The notes beneath the pieces were generated by a model. The model worked only from the letters and a program-made list of their open reading frames with translations, was not told where the DNA came from and searched no databases. 64,000 nucleotides of DNA from an uncultured delta proteobacterium (GTDB taxonomy: Bacteria; Desulfobacterota; RBG-13-43-22). Shown in pieces: positions 38,930-49,935 of this stretch; the stretch's first letter is position 1, and every line of letters starts with the position of its first letter. Location: positions 1-64,000 of the forward strand of contig CAVQFQ010000018.1 of NCBI GenBank assembly GCA_963711835.1, written 5' to 3'. Position numbers and translations under genes: made by a program.

Positions 38930-39409
38930 GTGACTGCCCCGAGGATGGAAAAGACCTTTAAACTGGATCGAACCGACCGTGCTATCCTGAATGAAATTCA
39001 ATCGCAGTTTCCTTTGATTGCCAGGCCATACAAAAAGGTGGCCCAGGGACTTGCCTTGGAGGAAAAAGAGATCATCGCCAGGGTAAAGCGCATGAAGGAA
39101 AAAGGGATCATCCGCCGGATTGGGGCTAACGTTAACTCCCGGAAATTAGGTTTTACCAGTACCTTGTGTGCCGCCCGGGTTCCCCGGGAAAAAATGGAAG
39201 GGTTCATTGAGGTGGTCAATCACTATGCGGGGGTGACTCACAATTATGAGAGGGAAGGCGACTATAATATCTGGTTTACCTTCATTGCCGAGTCCCAGGA
39301 ACGGATCGAGTCTTCCCTGCAGGAGATAAGGCGGCTTAGCGGTATCGAGGATTTGATTAGTTTGCCGGCGGTCAAGATCTTCAAGATCCGGGTTGACTTT
39401 GAAGTCTAA
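38930..39409 (+). CDS. ahbA: Siroheme decarboxylase alpha subunit
   Basis: IQSQFPL..RPY, IIRRIG, STLCA, VTHNYER and YNIWFT motifs. Confidence 0.85.
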   Translation: MTAPRMEKTFKLDRTDRAILNEIQSQFPLIARPYKKVAQGLALEEKEIIARVKRMKEKGIIRRIGANVNSRKLGFTSTLCAARVPREKMEGFIEVVNHYAGVTHNYEREGDYNIWFTFIAESQERIESSLQEIRRLSGIEDLISLPAVKIFKIRVDFEV

Positions 39410-39440
39410 ACAAAGATACTTGAAATCTTTTTCAAGAAAT

Positions 39441-39656
39441 GGTGTTGGAGGGTCCTATTTTTTGAGTTGTCCACCCCTAAGCCATGAGCTTCTTTGCCGG
39501 GCCAAAATCAGATAGTGTTTTGGCAACAGGCCTACACCCAAGCTGGAAATGGGCTGGGGTGTAGGCCCTGCTCTCAAATGATCTTAGCTATTCGGGCCGG
39601 ATTGGGGGCTCTTAGTCACCTTTTGGACAACCCGAAAAATAGGACCCCCCAACACC
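39441..39656. repeat. Long-hairpin MITE-like element, subfamily A copy 2 (opposite orientation)
   Basis: Inverted ends ggtgttggagggtcctattttttgagttgtcca / tggacaacccgaaaaataggaccccccaacacc; collinear with 29382-29597. Confidence 0.8.
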
Positions 39657-39775
39657 TGATTATTCGGAAAGTTGGAGATAAATTCTCAGACCAACTATTT
39701 TTAACTAATCTAATGGCCATCCGAAAATCTTCGACTTCCGGATGAGCACTGATCTGATAGAGATAGGAAAGAAGG

Positions 39776-40351
39776 ATGGACTATACAATCCCAACCGAAG
39801 ATAGACCGGAACCCCGAATTGAAGTGGTTCCCCCCTTGGAGGAGAAAATGAGGGGTCCTGGTTCGATGATCCCCTCACCCAAACCTTCTCCGAAGCGGTC
39901 CCCATTAAAAATTTGGGGACCGGCCCTGGCGATTGCCTTGATAGGGGTGGGTTTTGGTTTGTGGTCTTTTGTAAAAACCGGACCGGCCACCGGGAAGACC
40001 GAAGGGTTTCCGGAAATAAAGGAATTAAAAGAAGGGATTCAGAGGCTAACTACGGAAGGGGCCGCTTTAAAAAAAGAGGTTGAAACCATAAAGGGTGAAC
40101 TGGTGGGGGCCCAGGAACAAATAAAAGGGCTCAAAGAACAGGTGGTCGTTTTGGCCAAGAAGCCTGAAAAAACGCCCGAAAGAAAGGCGCCCCCCAAATC
40201 CATTTCCTATCGAGTGAAGAAAGGAGATTCCTTGGCCGCCATTGCCAAAAGATTCCGGGTACATCCGGAGGATCTGCGTAAATGGAACCAAATTCCCCCC
40301 AGGACCGATGTTAAGCCCGGTCGTATTTTAGTCCTTCACCCCCCTTCCTAA
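39776..40351 (+). CDS. Membrane-anchored coiled-coil LysM protein
   Basis: One TM helix, a coiled coil and YRVKKGDSL..IAKRF..LRKWN. Confidence 0.82.
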   Translation: MDYTIPTEDRPEPRIEVVPPLEEKMRGPGSMIPSPKPSPKRSPLKIWGPALAIALIGVGFGLWSFVKTGPATGKTEGFPEIKELKEGIQRLTTEGAALKKEVETIKGELVGAQEQIKGLKEQVVVLAKKPEKTPERKAPPKSISYRVKKGDSLAAIAKRFRVHPEDLRKWNQIPPRTDVKPGRILVLHPPS

Positions 40352-40825
40352 ATAAACCTCGAAGTTGCATAAAAATTGATCGATAACGTGTTCTTTGTCA
40401 ATTAAAACGGTGCGTTCTAACGGTTTCAGAGTTGAGACCAAAGTTCACTCCAATTGAGGTTTAGCATTCTAAAAAGTATCGATCAATTTTTACCCTTCGC
40501 GAAAGTCTGGGAAGTCGTCCCGCCGCGGCGGGATTCGCCCTGGACGCCTCGGATCTGCAACTTCCGAAACTTTTGCAACAGCGAGGTAAAGATACCCATG
40601 TTTTTCCGCCCCACCTAAAGTAATTGCAGGCCAAGAAGGCCCCCATATCTTAATAACATCTTGAAATTATAATATAAATTATTTCCATCGGTTCTGGCCC
40701 GCTTTTAAAACCGGGCCGACCGACTCCTTGTGAAACCAATAAGGAAATTTTAAGGGATTTGGGCTAAAAAATTTTTTTGAGAAAAAAAGATTTTTTAGCT
40801 TGAATTTTACGTGGAAAACATTATA

Positions 40826-40852
40826 TTAGCACTGACTCGTGACGAGTGCTAA
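40826..40852 (+). promoter_or_regulatory. CIRCE (HrcA operator)
   Basis: TTAGCACTG-N9-GAGTGCTAA upstream of groES, overlapping a TTGAAT..TATATT promoter. Confidence 0.9.
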
Positions 40853-40887
40853 TAAAACCCAATAATTTGTGGAAGGAGTGTGAATCT

Positions 40888-41175
40888 ATGAAAATCAGGC
40901 CATTAAATGACCGGGTAATCGTCCAACGGATTGAAGAGGAAGAAAAAACCAAGGGAGGAATTATTATCCCGGATACGGCGAAAGAAAAGCCTCAAGAAGG
41001 GAAGGTAATAGCCGTAGGAGCAGGAAAGATCCTGGAAAGTGGAACCAAAGTCCCTATGGACGTCAAGGTGGGAGATCGGGTACTTTTTGGCAAATATGCC
41101 GGGACCGAGATCAAAATCGAAGGCGATGAGTATTTGATGATGAGAGAAGACGATATCTTAGGTGTAATAGAATAA
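40888..41175 (+). CDS. groES: Co-chaperonin GroES
   Basis: [24 protein letters not shown]; AAGGAG SD. Confidence 0.97.
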   Translation: MKIRPLNDRVIVQRIEEEEKTKGGIIIPDTAKEKPQEGKVIAVGAGKILESGTKVPMDVKVGDRVLFGKYAGTEIKIEGDEYLMMREDDILGVIE

Positions 41176-42813
<1,638 letters not shown>

Positions 42814-42835
42814 TTCTTTTAAAAACCCATAGTAT

Positions 42836-42873
42836 AATAAAAAAGCCCCCGGAGAACCGGGGGCTTTTTTATT
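42836..42873 (+). terminator. Rho-independent (bidirectional) terminator after groEL
   Basis: AAAAAAGCCCCCGG-AGAA-CCGGGGGCTTTTTT. Confidence 0.9.
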
Positions 42874-42886
42874 GCAATTTTCGGGA

Positions 42887-43215
42887 TTGTCCCAAAGGGC
42901 TTCGGGGGTCTTGATTTCAAGGTTGTCCGAAAGGGTATCCGTAGCCCCAAACTGGGATCCACTCCGCAGGAGTGGGACTGAGCATTGTTTTGGATGCGAA
43001 GAACCCGGCCCGTCCGCCACGGCGGACTAAGTTGGTTGGGAGCCGGGCATTCATCCCGCCGAGGCGGGACTTTGGTGTTGGCCTGCTTCTAAACCCCATT
43101 ATAAATTTCCTGCCCGGGTTCAGGCTGCCGGCGTTTTGGCGGACAATCCTTGAAATTAAGACCCCCGAAGCCCTCTATGAATGGAGTGCTAAAAAATCAC
43201 GTAACTTTGGGACAA
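42887..43215. repeat. Long-hairpin MITE-like element, subfamily B copy 1
   Basis: Outer IR TTGTCCCAAAG/CTTTGGGACAA; inner ~34-bp IR at 42896-42929 / 43140-43174. Confidence 0.8.
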
Positions 43216-43290
43216 ACTCCAATTTTCTTGACTTCCCCAAATCTATTTGATTAAAATTACACTACTTCACCTCTAAAGTTGAGGGACCTT

Positions 43291-43941
43291 ATGACCTTCC
43301 GCCTCTTACCTGCTTTTGTCGGTGCCCTGCTTATTGTTCACACCTCCCTTTGGGCCAGATCAATGGTTATTACCGATCGTATTGAGGTGGGGCTGCGTTC
43401 CGGAATCGGCATTGAGCAGCGCATCATTTCAACCTTAAAAACCGGCGATCGGGTTGAAGTGCTTGAAGGGGACCGGACCTGGTCGAAAGTCAGGCTTCCA
43501 AATGGAACCGTCGGCTGGCTGGCCACCAGTTTTTTGGTGGAAAGCGTCCGGCCTCAAGTCCCTTTGGTGGATCCAAAAATTCAAGAAGAGTTACGGGGAT
43601 TAAAGGAGGCCAATCAAAACTTGGTCAAGCAACTGAGCGATCTCCACCAGGAAAGGGAAAGGCTTCTTAAAGAAAGGGAGGATGGCAAGAGGCCGATCTC
43701 AACCCATCCACAGGAAAAAAATAGGCCCCTGCCGGCCGAAGTGGCTCAACTTAAGGCCAAGAATGAACAATTGGAAAAGGAGATCCTATTTTTTAAAAAG
43801 CAAGGAGCTGTTAAAGATAAAGAGCCTGGTTCGGGGCAGCATATTCAATGGTTTTTGGCCGGCTCCGGGGTTTTGTTTTTAGGATTGGTCCTCGGCTGGG
43901 TGATGAATCGAGGCCGCCGAAAACCATCCCGTTACTATTAA
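43291..43941 (+). CDS. SH3b-domain membrane protein (YgiM/TIGR04211-like)
   Basis: Signal peptide, ITDRIEVGLRSG SH3b, coiled coil and C-terminal TM WFLAGSGVL followed by a basic tail. Confidence 0.82.
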   Translation: MTFRLLPAFVGALLIVHTSLWARSMVITDRIEVGLRSGIGIEQRIISTLKTGDRVEVLEGDRTWSKVRLPNGTVGWLATSFLVESVRPQVPLVDPKIQEELRGLKEANQNLVKQLSDLHQERERLLKEREDGKRPISTHPQEKNRPLPAEVAQLKAKNEQLEKEILFFKKQGAVKDKEPGSGQHIQWFLAGSGVLFLGLVLGWVMNRGRRKPSRYY

Positions 43942-43945
43942 CAAG

Positions 43946-44578
43946 TCATTTTCTTTCTTTGGCCAAAATCCTGACATCCACCTCCCCCTCAAGCAATCCT
44001 CTAAATTCTTGAGCGTCCTTATCAGACCCTACGATAGCGCCATAGTGGATGGGAACGGCTATCCGCGGTTTCATCACCTTGGCGGCTTCGGCCGCCTCTT
44101 TAGCCGTCATGACATAGGTTCCGGAAACAGGAAAAAAGGCAATGTCGGCCTGAATGGTTTTCATCTCCGGAATAAAGTCGGCATCACCGGGATGATACAA
44201 ACGAACCCCTTCGATGGAAATGATAAAACCCAACCAGCCCTTGGCCTTGGGATGAAAGTCCTTATTGGTATTATAGGCGGGGACGGCCTCAACCGTAATA
44301 CCCAGAACGGTCTTGGTTTCTCCCGGCTTTAGAATTTCAACCCGGCCGGAAAGTTTTTTGGCCGAATCAGGTTCGGTGAGGATGAGAGTCTCCGGTTTCT
44401 GAATCTTTTTCACATCCTCTGGGGAGCAGTGGTCGAAATGATCGTGACTGATCAGGATCAAATCTGCCGGAGGGCCGCCTGAAATATCATAAGGATCAAT
44501 ATAAAGCACGATGGTATCGTGATACAAAATACCATCATGCCCCAACCAGGATATTTTTTTAAAGACATCTTCGATCAT
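43946..44578 (-). CDS. MBL-fold metallohydrolase (UlaG-like)
   Basis: WLGH, SHDHFDH, YHPGD and PIHYG motifs. Confidence 0.85.
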   Translation of the reverse strand: MIEDVFKKISWLGHDGILYHDTIVLYIDPYDISGGPPADLILISHDHFDHCSPEDVKKIQKPETLILTEPDSAKKLSGRVEILKPGETKTVLGITVEAVPAYNTNKDFHPKAKGWLGFIISIEGVRLYHPGDADFIPEMKTIQADIAFFPVSGTYVMTAKEAAEAAKVMKPRIAVPIHYGAIVGSDKDAQEFRGLLEGEVDVRILAKERK

Positions 44579-44615
44579 GTCGGCCTCCTTTTAGATTAAC
44601 ACGCTGATCTTCGGT

Positions 44616-44804
44616 TTAATCTTCCCCAAGTAGGATTTTATGGTCCACCAGGGACATTTTTTTTATTTTGGCAGGCAGAATTTTTTGTTCTCCAAAGATA
44701 TTGATGAGCCTTAAGTTCCCATTTTCCTGTTCAACAATATCCACACGTTCTAAGACCAGTTCTTCCCGGCCTTCTCGAATAATAAAAGCCGACGCTTCAC
44801 ACAT
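44616..44804 (-). CDS. CooT-family nickel-binding protein
   Basis: N-terminal MCEA, NIFGEQK and LVDHKI motifs. Confidence 0.8.
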   Translation of the reverse strand: MCEASAFIIREGREELVLERVDIVEQENGNLRLINIFGEQKILPAKIKKMSLVDHKILLGED

Positions 44805-45214
44805 TAGCCTATCCACTCCTTCAAACGAATGATTATCTTGTCCACTAAATGGGGCAGGGGTTCAGGGGCCAAACCGACCAACTCTATATTTTCCTGAGAC
44901 AGGGGAACCAGAAGTTTCAGGCCGGGACTGGAGGCTACCGCCTGAGCGATAGCCGGTGTCACTTCACCCATCATGGCCTGGGCGAGAACGATCCCAATCG
45001 GGCCGATCAGAATATCCATTCGGGGGGCAGTTTGAATGATGGCGTTTTCTCCGGTAGCCCCTTTGTTGGCTCGGGCTTTCATCATCTGAGCCGTGGCAAT
45101 GGAATTAGTTCCCAGGGCAACCACTTCCATTTTTTCGCCGAATTCTTCCCGAAGCCTTTTTATAATGGCGCTTCCGATGCCCCCGCCTTGTCCGTCTAAG
45201 ATCCCGATTTTCAT
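44804..45214 (-). CDS. DUF3842 family protein
   Basis: DGQGGGIG, ALGTNSIAT, GATGENA and MMGEVTP motifs. Confidence 0.8.
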   Translation of the reverse strand: MKIGILDGQGGGIGSAIIKRLREEFGEKMEVVALGTNSIATAQMMKARANKGATGENAIIQTAPRMDILIGPIGIVLAQAMMGEVTPAIAQAVASSPGLKLLVPLSQENIELVGLAPEPLPHLVDKIIIRLKEWIG

Positions 45215-45411
45215 ACTGTTCAATTTGCTACCCTATGCTGATCTTTTATGCCAAGCGCATCTAAAAAGCAAGCAAAAGGGTTTTTTATTTCCCTTGACTT
45301 GACCGTTTGCTCTTCGTATAGTTTCTGAAGCTGGATTATTATAACTAATTGAAATAACGCTCATAATCTCCTTAATGGCTTAACCGATTATTATTATTAT
45401 TTATTTTTTTA

Positions 45412-46032
45412 ATGGATATTTTTATTAAGGGAATCCTACTTGCCGTCCTGGCCTATTTTATCGGGTCCATTTCTACCGGGGTTATCCTCTCATATTACCT
45501 TGGCCAAAAAAACCTTCAAAAAGAAGGAAGCGGAAACATTGGGGCAACAAATGTTACCCGGTTGCTGGGGAAAAAATGGGGCCTCCTAACCTTAGTTGGA
45601 GACACGCTAAAGGGGATGATCCCCATTTGGCTGGGTCAATGGGTTCTGGAAGCTGAAAGCGAACAGTCTTTTCTCACCTTAAGTGTAATTGCATTGTCTG
45701 CCTTTTTGGGGCATCTTTTTCCTGTCTATCTTCATTTTAAGGGTGGGAAAGGAGTGGCTACGGCCTTGGGTATTTTCATTCTATTGGGTCCCAAGGCTCT
45801 TTTGGTAGCTATTCCCTTGTTTGTCCTGGTGGTCTTATGGGGAAAATATATCTCTTTGGGATCAATCAGTGCAGTCCTCTCTGTTCCTATCTCATTGATA
45901 TTATTAAATTATAATATCTACGTGGTTCTATTGTCCTTTATCATGGCCGCAGCCATCATCTTGAAGCATAAGGAAAATATCCGGCGTCTTCTAAAAGGGG
46001 AAGAAAAAGTCTGGTATAATAGAAAGGGCTGA
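45412..46032 (+). CDS. plsY: Glycerol-3-phosphate acyltransferase
   Basis: GSGNIGATN, FKGGKGVAT and KHKENIRRL motifs. Confidence 0.95.
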   Translation: MDIFIKGILLAVLAYFIGSISTGVILSYYLGQKNLQKEGSGNIGATNVTRLLGKKWGLLTLVGDTLKGMIPIWLGQWVLEAESEQSFLTLSVIALSAFLGHLFPVYLHFKGGKGVATALGIFILLGPKALLVAIPLFVLVVLWGKYISLGSISAVLSVPISLILLNYNIYVVLLSFIMAAAIILKHKENIRRLLKGEEKVWYNRKG

Positions 46033-46062
46033 TAAAAGGTGTTTAGCTGAGCGGATAGCTTC

Positions 46063-46581
46063 TTAAATTTTTTCCCAATACATTTTTTCTGATTTTTTTT
46101 GCTTGGAGGGCCTTCGGGCCAGACCTTTTTTCTTCCCTGGACGACTATCAATAGCCTGATGATCGTCATCTTCTCCGCCTTGTCCCTGGGATTTTTTTTG
46201 GATTCGATGGGCAAATTCTTCCGAAGGAATCCAGCCGGCACTTCGGGCACGGCAGAAAAATCCAAGTTCAACGTCGGAGGTCACCACTAAAAAATTCCCT
46301 GGTGCCTTTGAAACCAGTCGCTTGATAATATCGTCTGCTGTTTGGCCTATCTGGGAATAAAGGACCTTAATCCCTTTAAAAAAATCCCTCTCTTCGGAAA
46401 ATCCCCCGCCTCGTACCCCATCGAAAACCACGGTTATCGGGTGGGGCTTTTGACGGCGGTATTCAGTGAGCCATTCCAATAATACTTCTCTCCCCCTGGA
46501 AAAATTCTGGGCCTCAACCCGGGAAAGGGGCGGGAATTTTCGGATTAGATTATAGCCGTCAATAATAATCTCAAAGGCCAT
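46063..46581 (-). CDS. NYN-domain ribonuclease (YacP/Rae1-like)
   Basis: IIDGYNL, VVFDG, TADD and VVTSD motifs. Confidence 0.85.
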   Translation of the reverse strand: MAFEIIIDGYNLIRKFPPLSRVEAQNFSRGREVLLEWLTEYRRQKPHPITVVFDGVRGGGFSEERDFFKGIKVLYSQIGQTADDIIKRLVSKAPGNFLVVTSDVELGFFCRARSAGWIPSEEFAHRIQKKSQGQGGEDDDHQAIDSRPGKKKGLARRPSKQKKSEKMYWEKI

Positions 46582-46585
46582 GAGC

Positions 46586-47464
46586 TCACAAGACCACTCC
46601 TCTTTGCATCAGCAGATCGACCACCCGAATCAATTCCTCCTCGGAATGGAAGAAAATTTCCAGTAACCCGCCTTTCTTCTTTCTCTTTACCCGAACCCTG
46701 GTTTTATACTTTTGGATCAAATCCTTAACCCACTCTTCCTCAGGCGGGATAGTTATGAAATGCCTCTTTCCTCCCAACTCACCGATTTTTTTAATGATCC
46801 GTTCCAGTTCGCGTACCGAAATCCCTTTCGTAATTGCTTCCTTGGTCAGCCGGATCTGATCTTGAGGAGAATCAAGACTTAGGAGACATTTGGCATGGCC
46901 AAAAGACAAGGTACCCTCAAAGATTTTTTCCTGAACAAACGGGGGTAATTTCAAGAGGCGGAGGACATTGGCGATGCTCGACCTATCCTTCCCGACCCTG
47001 CTTCCTACTTCCTCCTGGGAAAGGCCGAATTCCTTAATCAGGCGCTGATAGGCCTCCGCCTCCTCCAGAGGATTTAGATCTTGGCGTTGGATATTTTCGA
47101 TCAGGGCCAATTCCAATTGAGCCCTTGGTCCGGTTTCTCGAATAACCACAGGAACTTCGCCAAAGCCGGCTTTTTGGGCGGCCCTCCATCTTCTTTCCCC
47201 GGCAATCAATTCATACCCTTTGTCTTTCCGTCGAACGATCAAAGGTTGAATAATACCATTTTCCTTAATGGACTCGGCTAATTGATCGATGGAGGCGTTT
47301 TTTATTTTTTTTCGGGGTTGCAGAGGATTCGGGCTGATTTCTTCGATCCCTACAGAAAGAAAAGTCCTCGGCTGGCTTTCGCGATACTCCCCTGAAGGGA
47401 TCAGGGCCCCCAATCCCCGGCCCAATCCCTTCTTTTTCAGACTAGTGCTCTTGGATTCTTCCAT
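46586..47464 (-). CDS. parB: Chromosome partition protein ParB
   Basis: GLGRGLGALI, AGERRWRA and ENIQR motifs. Confidence 0.95.
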   Translation of the reverse strand: MEESKSTSLKKKGLGRGLGALIPSGEYRESQPRTFLSVGIEEISPNPLQPRKKIKNASIDQLAESIKENGIIQPLIVRRKDKGYELIAGERRWRAAQKAGFGEVPVVIRETGPRAQLELALIENIQRQDLNPLEEAEAYQRLIKEFGLSQEEVGSRVGKDRSSIANVLRLLKLPPFVQEKIFEGTLSFGHAKCLLSLDSPQDQIRLTKEAITKGISVRELERIIKKIGELGGKRHFITIPPEEEWVKDLIQKYKTRVRVKRKKKGGLLEIFFHSEEELIRVVDLLMQRGVVL

Positions 47465-48230
47465 TTAGCCCTTCTCCTTCCAGAACTTCTTTGGCCAAGT
47501 CCAAATAGCTTTGGGCCCCTTTGGAATGGATGTCATAGAGGACAACCGGCATTCCATGGCTGGGACTTTCGCTAATCCGAACATTTCTCGGAATTACGGT
47601 CTTAAATACCAGTTCTTTTAAATGGGTTCGGACCTCTTTCTCAACCTGGGAAGAGAGGTTGTTCCGAACATCAAACATCGTCAACAAAATGCCCTCGATA
47701 TAAAGAGCAGGATTTAAATTTTTTTGAACCATCTGGATGGTACCTAATAACTTGCTCAACCCCTCTAAGGCATAGTATTCACATTGGGTGGGAATAATTA
47801 CCGATTGAGCGGCCGTCAGGGCATTAATGGTTAGTAAGCCGAGAGAAGGAGGACAATCCAAAAAGATATAATCAAAGTCCGGCCGTAAGGACATGATTTG
47901 TTGTCTCAACACTTTTTCCCGGTCAGGCAGGTTAACCAGTTCGATCTCGGCCCCGACCAGGTCCATGTCGGAAGGGATGATCTTTAGGAGAGCAATAGCG
48001 GTTGGTAAGATAAGGGCGGATGGGTCCACCTGGTCGATAATGAGCTGATATAACGATTGATCTATTTCCTTTGGGTTGATTCCCAGCCCACTGGTGGCGT
48101 TCCCCTGGGGGTCGCAGTCAATAACCAGAACCTTTTTATCGGAAAGGGCCAGGGCCGCAGCCAAGTTAATGACCGTAGCGGTTTTCCCTACCCCTCCTTT
48201 TTGATTGACGAAGCTGATAATTTTGCCCAT
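47442..48230 (-). CDS. parA: Chromosome partition ATPase ParA/Soj
   Basis: NQKGGVGKT, DPQGNATSG, DCPPSLG and QCEYYALEG motifs. Confidence 0.95.
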   Translation of the reverse strand: MGKIISFVNQKGGVGKTATVINLAAALALSDKKVLVIDCDPQGNATSGLGINPKEIDQSLYQLIIDQVDPSALILPTAIALLKIIPSDMDLVGAEIELVNLPDREKVLRQQIMSLRPDFDYIFLDCPPSLGLLTINALTAAQSVIIPTQCEYYALEGLSKLLGTIQMVQKNLNPALYIEGILLTMFDVRNNLSSQVEKEVRTHLKELVFKTVIPRNVRISESPSHGMPVVLYDIHSKGAQSYLDLAKEVLEGEGLNGRIQEH

Positions 48231-48300
48231 AGAAGAGTTTGACCCATTATTATTTGAGGTTATCCCAACGTTATTTTATTTTTTAGCCATCCGGTTCTAT

Positions 48301-48534
48301 GGGGCTTCAGGGGTTTTTATTTCGCAGTTGTCCAAAAGGAATCCCTAGCTCCAAAACCGCCCCGGCCGCCGTGGCGGACTAAGTTGATTCGGAGCCGGGC
48401 AGACACCCAACCCAAGACGATAAATCGCTTTGGTTTTGGTCCGCTGCGGCAGACGGTCGGCGTTTTAGCGGACAATCCCTGACATCAAGACCCTTGAAGC
48501 CCTTTGGTTTGAGAATCATGTAATGTTAGGACAA
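48301..48534. repeat. Long-hairpin MITE-like element, subfamily B copy 2
   Basis: gggcttcagggg..ttgtcc and ggacaatccctgacatcaagacccttgaagccc; homologous to 42887-43215. Confidence 0.75.
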
Positions 48535-48590
48535 TCTCTATAGTTTTGTGATACTATGACATAAAAATTTTTTTTTAAAAAGAGAAATAA

Positions 48591-48606
48591 TGTTCCACGT
48601 GGAACA
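48591..48606. promoter_or_regulatory. parS centromere site
   Basis: Perfect palindrome TGTTCCACGTGGAACA, about 360 bp upstream of parA. Confidence 0.92.
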
Positions 48607-48683
48607 TCTGGGAAAGGGGTACTTTCCTTGATCCCCACCATCTTTATAAAGACCTTTTAATTCCAATAAGCTATAATTCATTG

Positions 48684-48789
48684 GTATCGTTCAAAAGTTG
48701 TGGCATTATATTTCTGATACCGGAGGGAAGGGGACCGGTGGTCCCCAGTCAGGCCATAATGCGCCAATGCCAAAACTTTTGAACGATAC
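48684..48789. mobile_element. 106-bp MITE (family C) with 24-bp TIRs and a 10-bp target duplication
   Basis: gtatcgttcaaaagttgtggcatt / aatgccaaaacttttgaacgatac (23/24 match), flanked by taattcattg and taattcatcg. Confidence 0.8.
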
Positions 48790-48834
48790 TAATTCATCGG
48801 AAAGATGAGCATCGAATATAAGAAAGGAAAAAGG

Positions 48835-49431
48835 ATGGATCAGCCTATTAGAAATGTGGCTATTTTAATTTTTGATCAGGTGGAGGTGTTGGATTTTAGC
48901 GGCCCCTTTGAGGTCTTTTCGGTCACAGGAGTTAAGACCGATCCGAGGCCTTTTCATGTCTATACCGTGGCGGAGAAGAAAAAACCTATTCTGGCCCGGA
49001 ATAACCTCAGCGTAAATCCGCATTACTCTTTTAGTGAAGCCCCTCTTCCCAAGATTCTGGTGATCCCGGGAGGCCTTGGTACCCGTCGGGAAATACATAA
49101 TCCCGCTATGATTGAATGGATCAAAGACCAGGCCCAAAAAGCCGAACTTACCCTTTCGGTTTGTACCGGAGCACTTCTGTTGGCTAAAGCCGGTCTGCTC
49201 GATGGCCTAAAAGCCACCACGCATCACGGCGCTGTAGGTCTTCTCCAGGAACTGGCGCCCAAGACCGTTATTGAGCCTCAAAAACGGTTTATCGACAATG
49301 GCGCTATCATTCTATCGGCCGGGATCTCCGCCGGGATTGATATGTCCTTGTATGTGGTTGCCCGGCTTTTGGGGAAGTCGCAGGCCCTGGAGACCGCCCA
49401 ATATATGGAATATGACTGGCACCAGGACTAA
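48835..49431 (+). CDS. DJ-1/PfpI family protein
   Basis: EVLDFSGPFEVF, SVCTGA, ATTH and SAGISAGID motifs. Confidence 0.9.
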   Translation: MDQPIRNVAILIFDQVEVLDFSGPFEVFSVTGVKTDPRPFHVYTVAEKKKPILARNNLSVNPHYSFSEAPLPKILVIPGGLGTRREIHNPAMIEWIKDQAQKAELTLSVCTGALLLAKAGLLDGLKATTHHGAVGLLQELAPKTVIEPQKRFIDNGAIILSAGISAGIDMSLYVVARLLGKSQALETAQYMEYDWHQD

Positions 49432-49455
49432 TCAGTTAATAACGTTCAAAAGTTG

Positions 49456-49626
49456 GAGGTTGTCCAAAAGGTAATCCGTAGCCCCAACCCGACCCATCCG
49501 CCGCGGCGGACTGCCGGCGTTTTGGCGGACAATCCTTGAAATCAAGACCCCTGAAGCCCTTTGGGGTGATTTAATATTTTAAGAGGCTACCCCTTGAGTT
49601 TGAGAATCACGTAACTTTGGGACTAT
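49456..49626. repeat. Long-hairpin MITE-like element, subfamily B copy 3 (truncated)
   Basis: ttgtccaaaaggtaatccgtagcccc..ggacaatccttgaaatcaagacccctgaagccc..aatcacgtaactttgggac. Confidence 0.75.
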
Positions 49627-49882
49627 CCCAAAAGTTGAGGCAATAATCCGGCCATTGAAATCCGAACCCACGAGTCCACATCAGGTTCATTAGGATGTCC
49701 CTTTGCCGGGAGGAAACGGCCTCGGTCCCCTCGGATCTTCCCGCCAAGAAATCCCCCCATATTAATACATAATTGTAATTAACAAAATTACCATATTACA
49801 GTTTTGTATAATACTAAATACCATTTTTGCAGTTTTATTTAATTAACATATTGTAATTACATATAATTTATTCATTTCCCCT

Positions 49883-49898
49883 TGGCAGGCCTTTTGCA
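49883..49898 (+). promoter_or_regulatory. Sigma-54 promoter of amtB
   Basis: TGGCAG-N5-TTGCA (GG-N10-GC), about 40 bp before the ATG. Confidence 0.75.
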
Positions 49899-49935
49899 AA
49901 AATATTATTAATTACCGTCTTTGGGGGGGAACCTT

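Noticed and set aside
43184-43192. GAGTGCTAA half-CIRCE
   Set aside because: No left arm; lies inside a repeat element.
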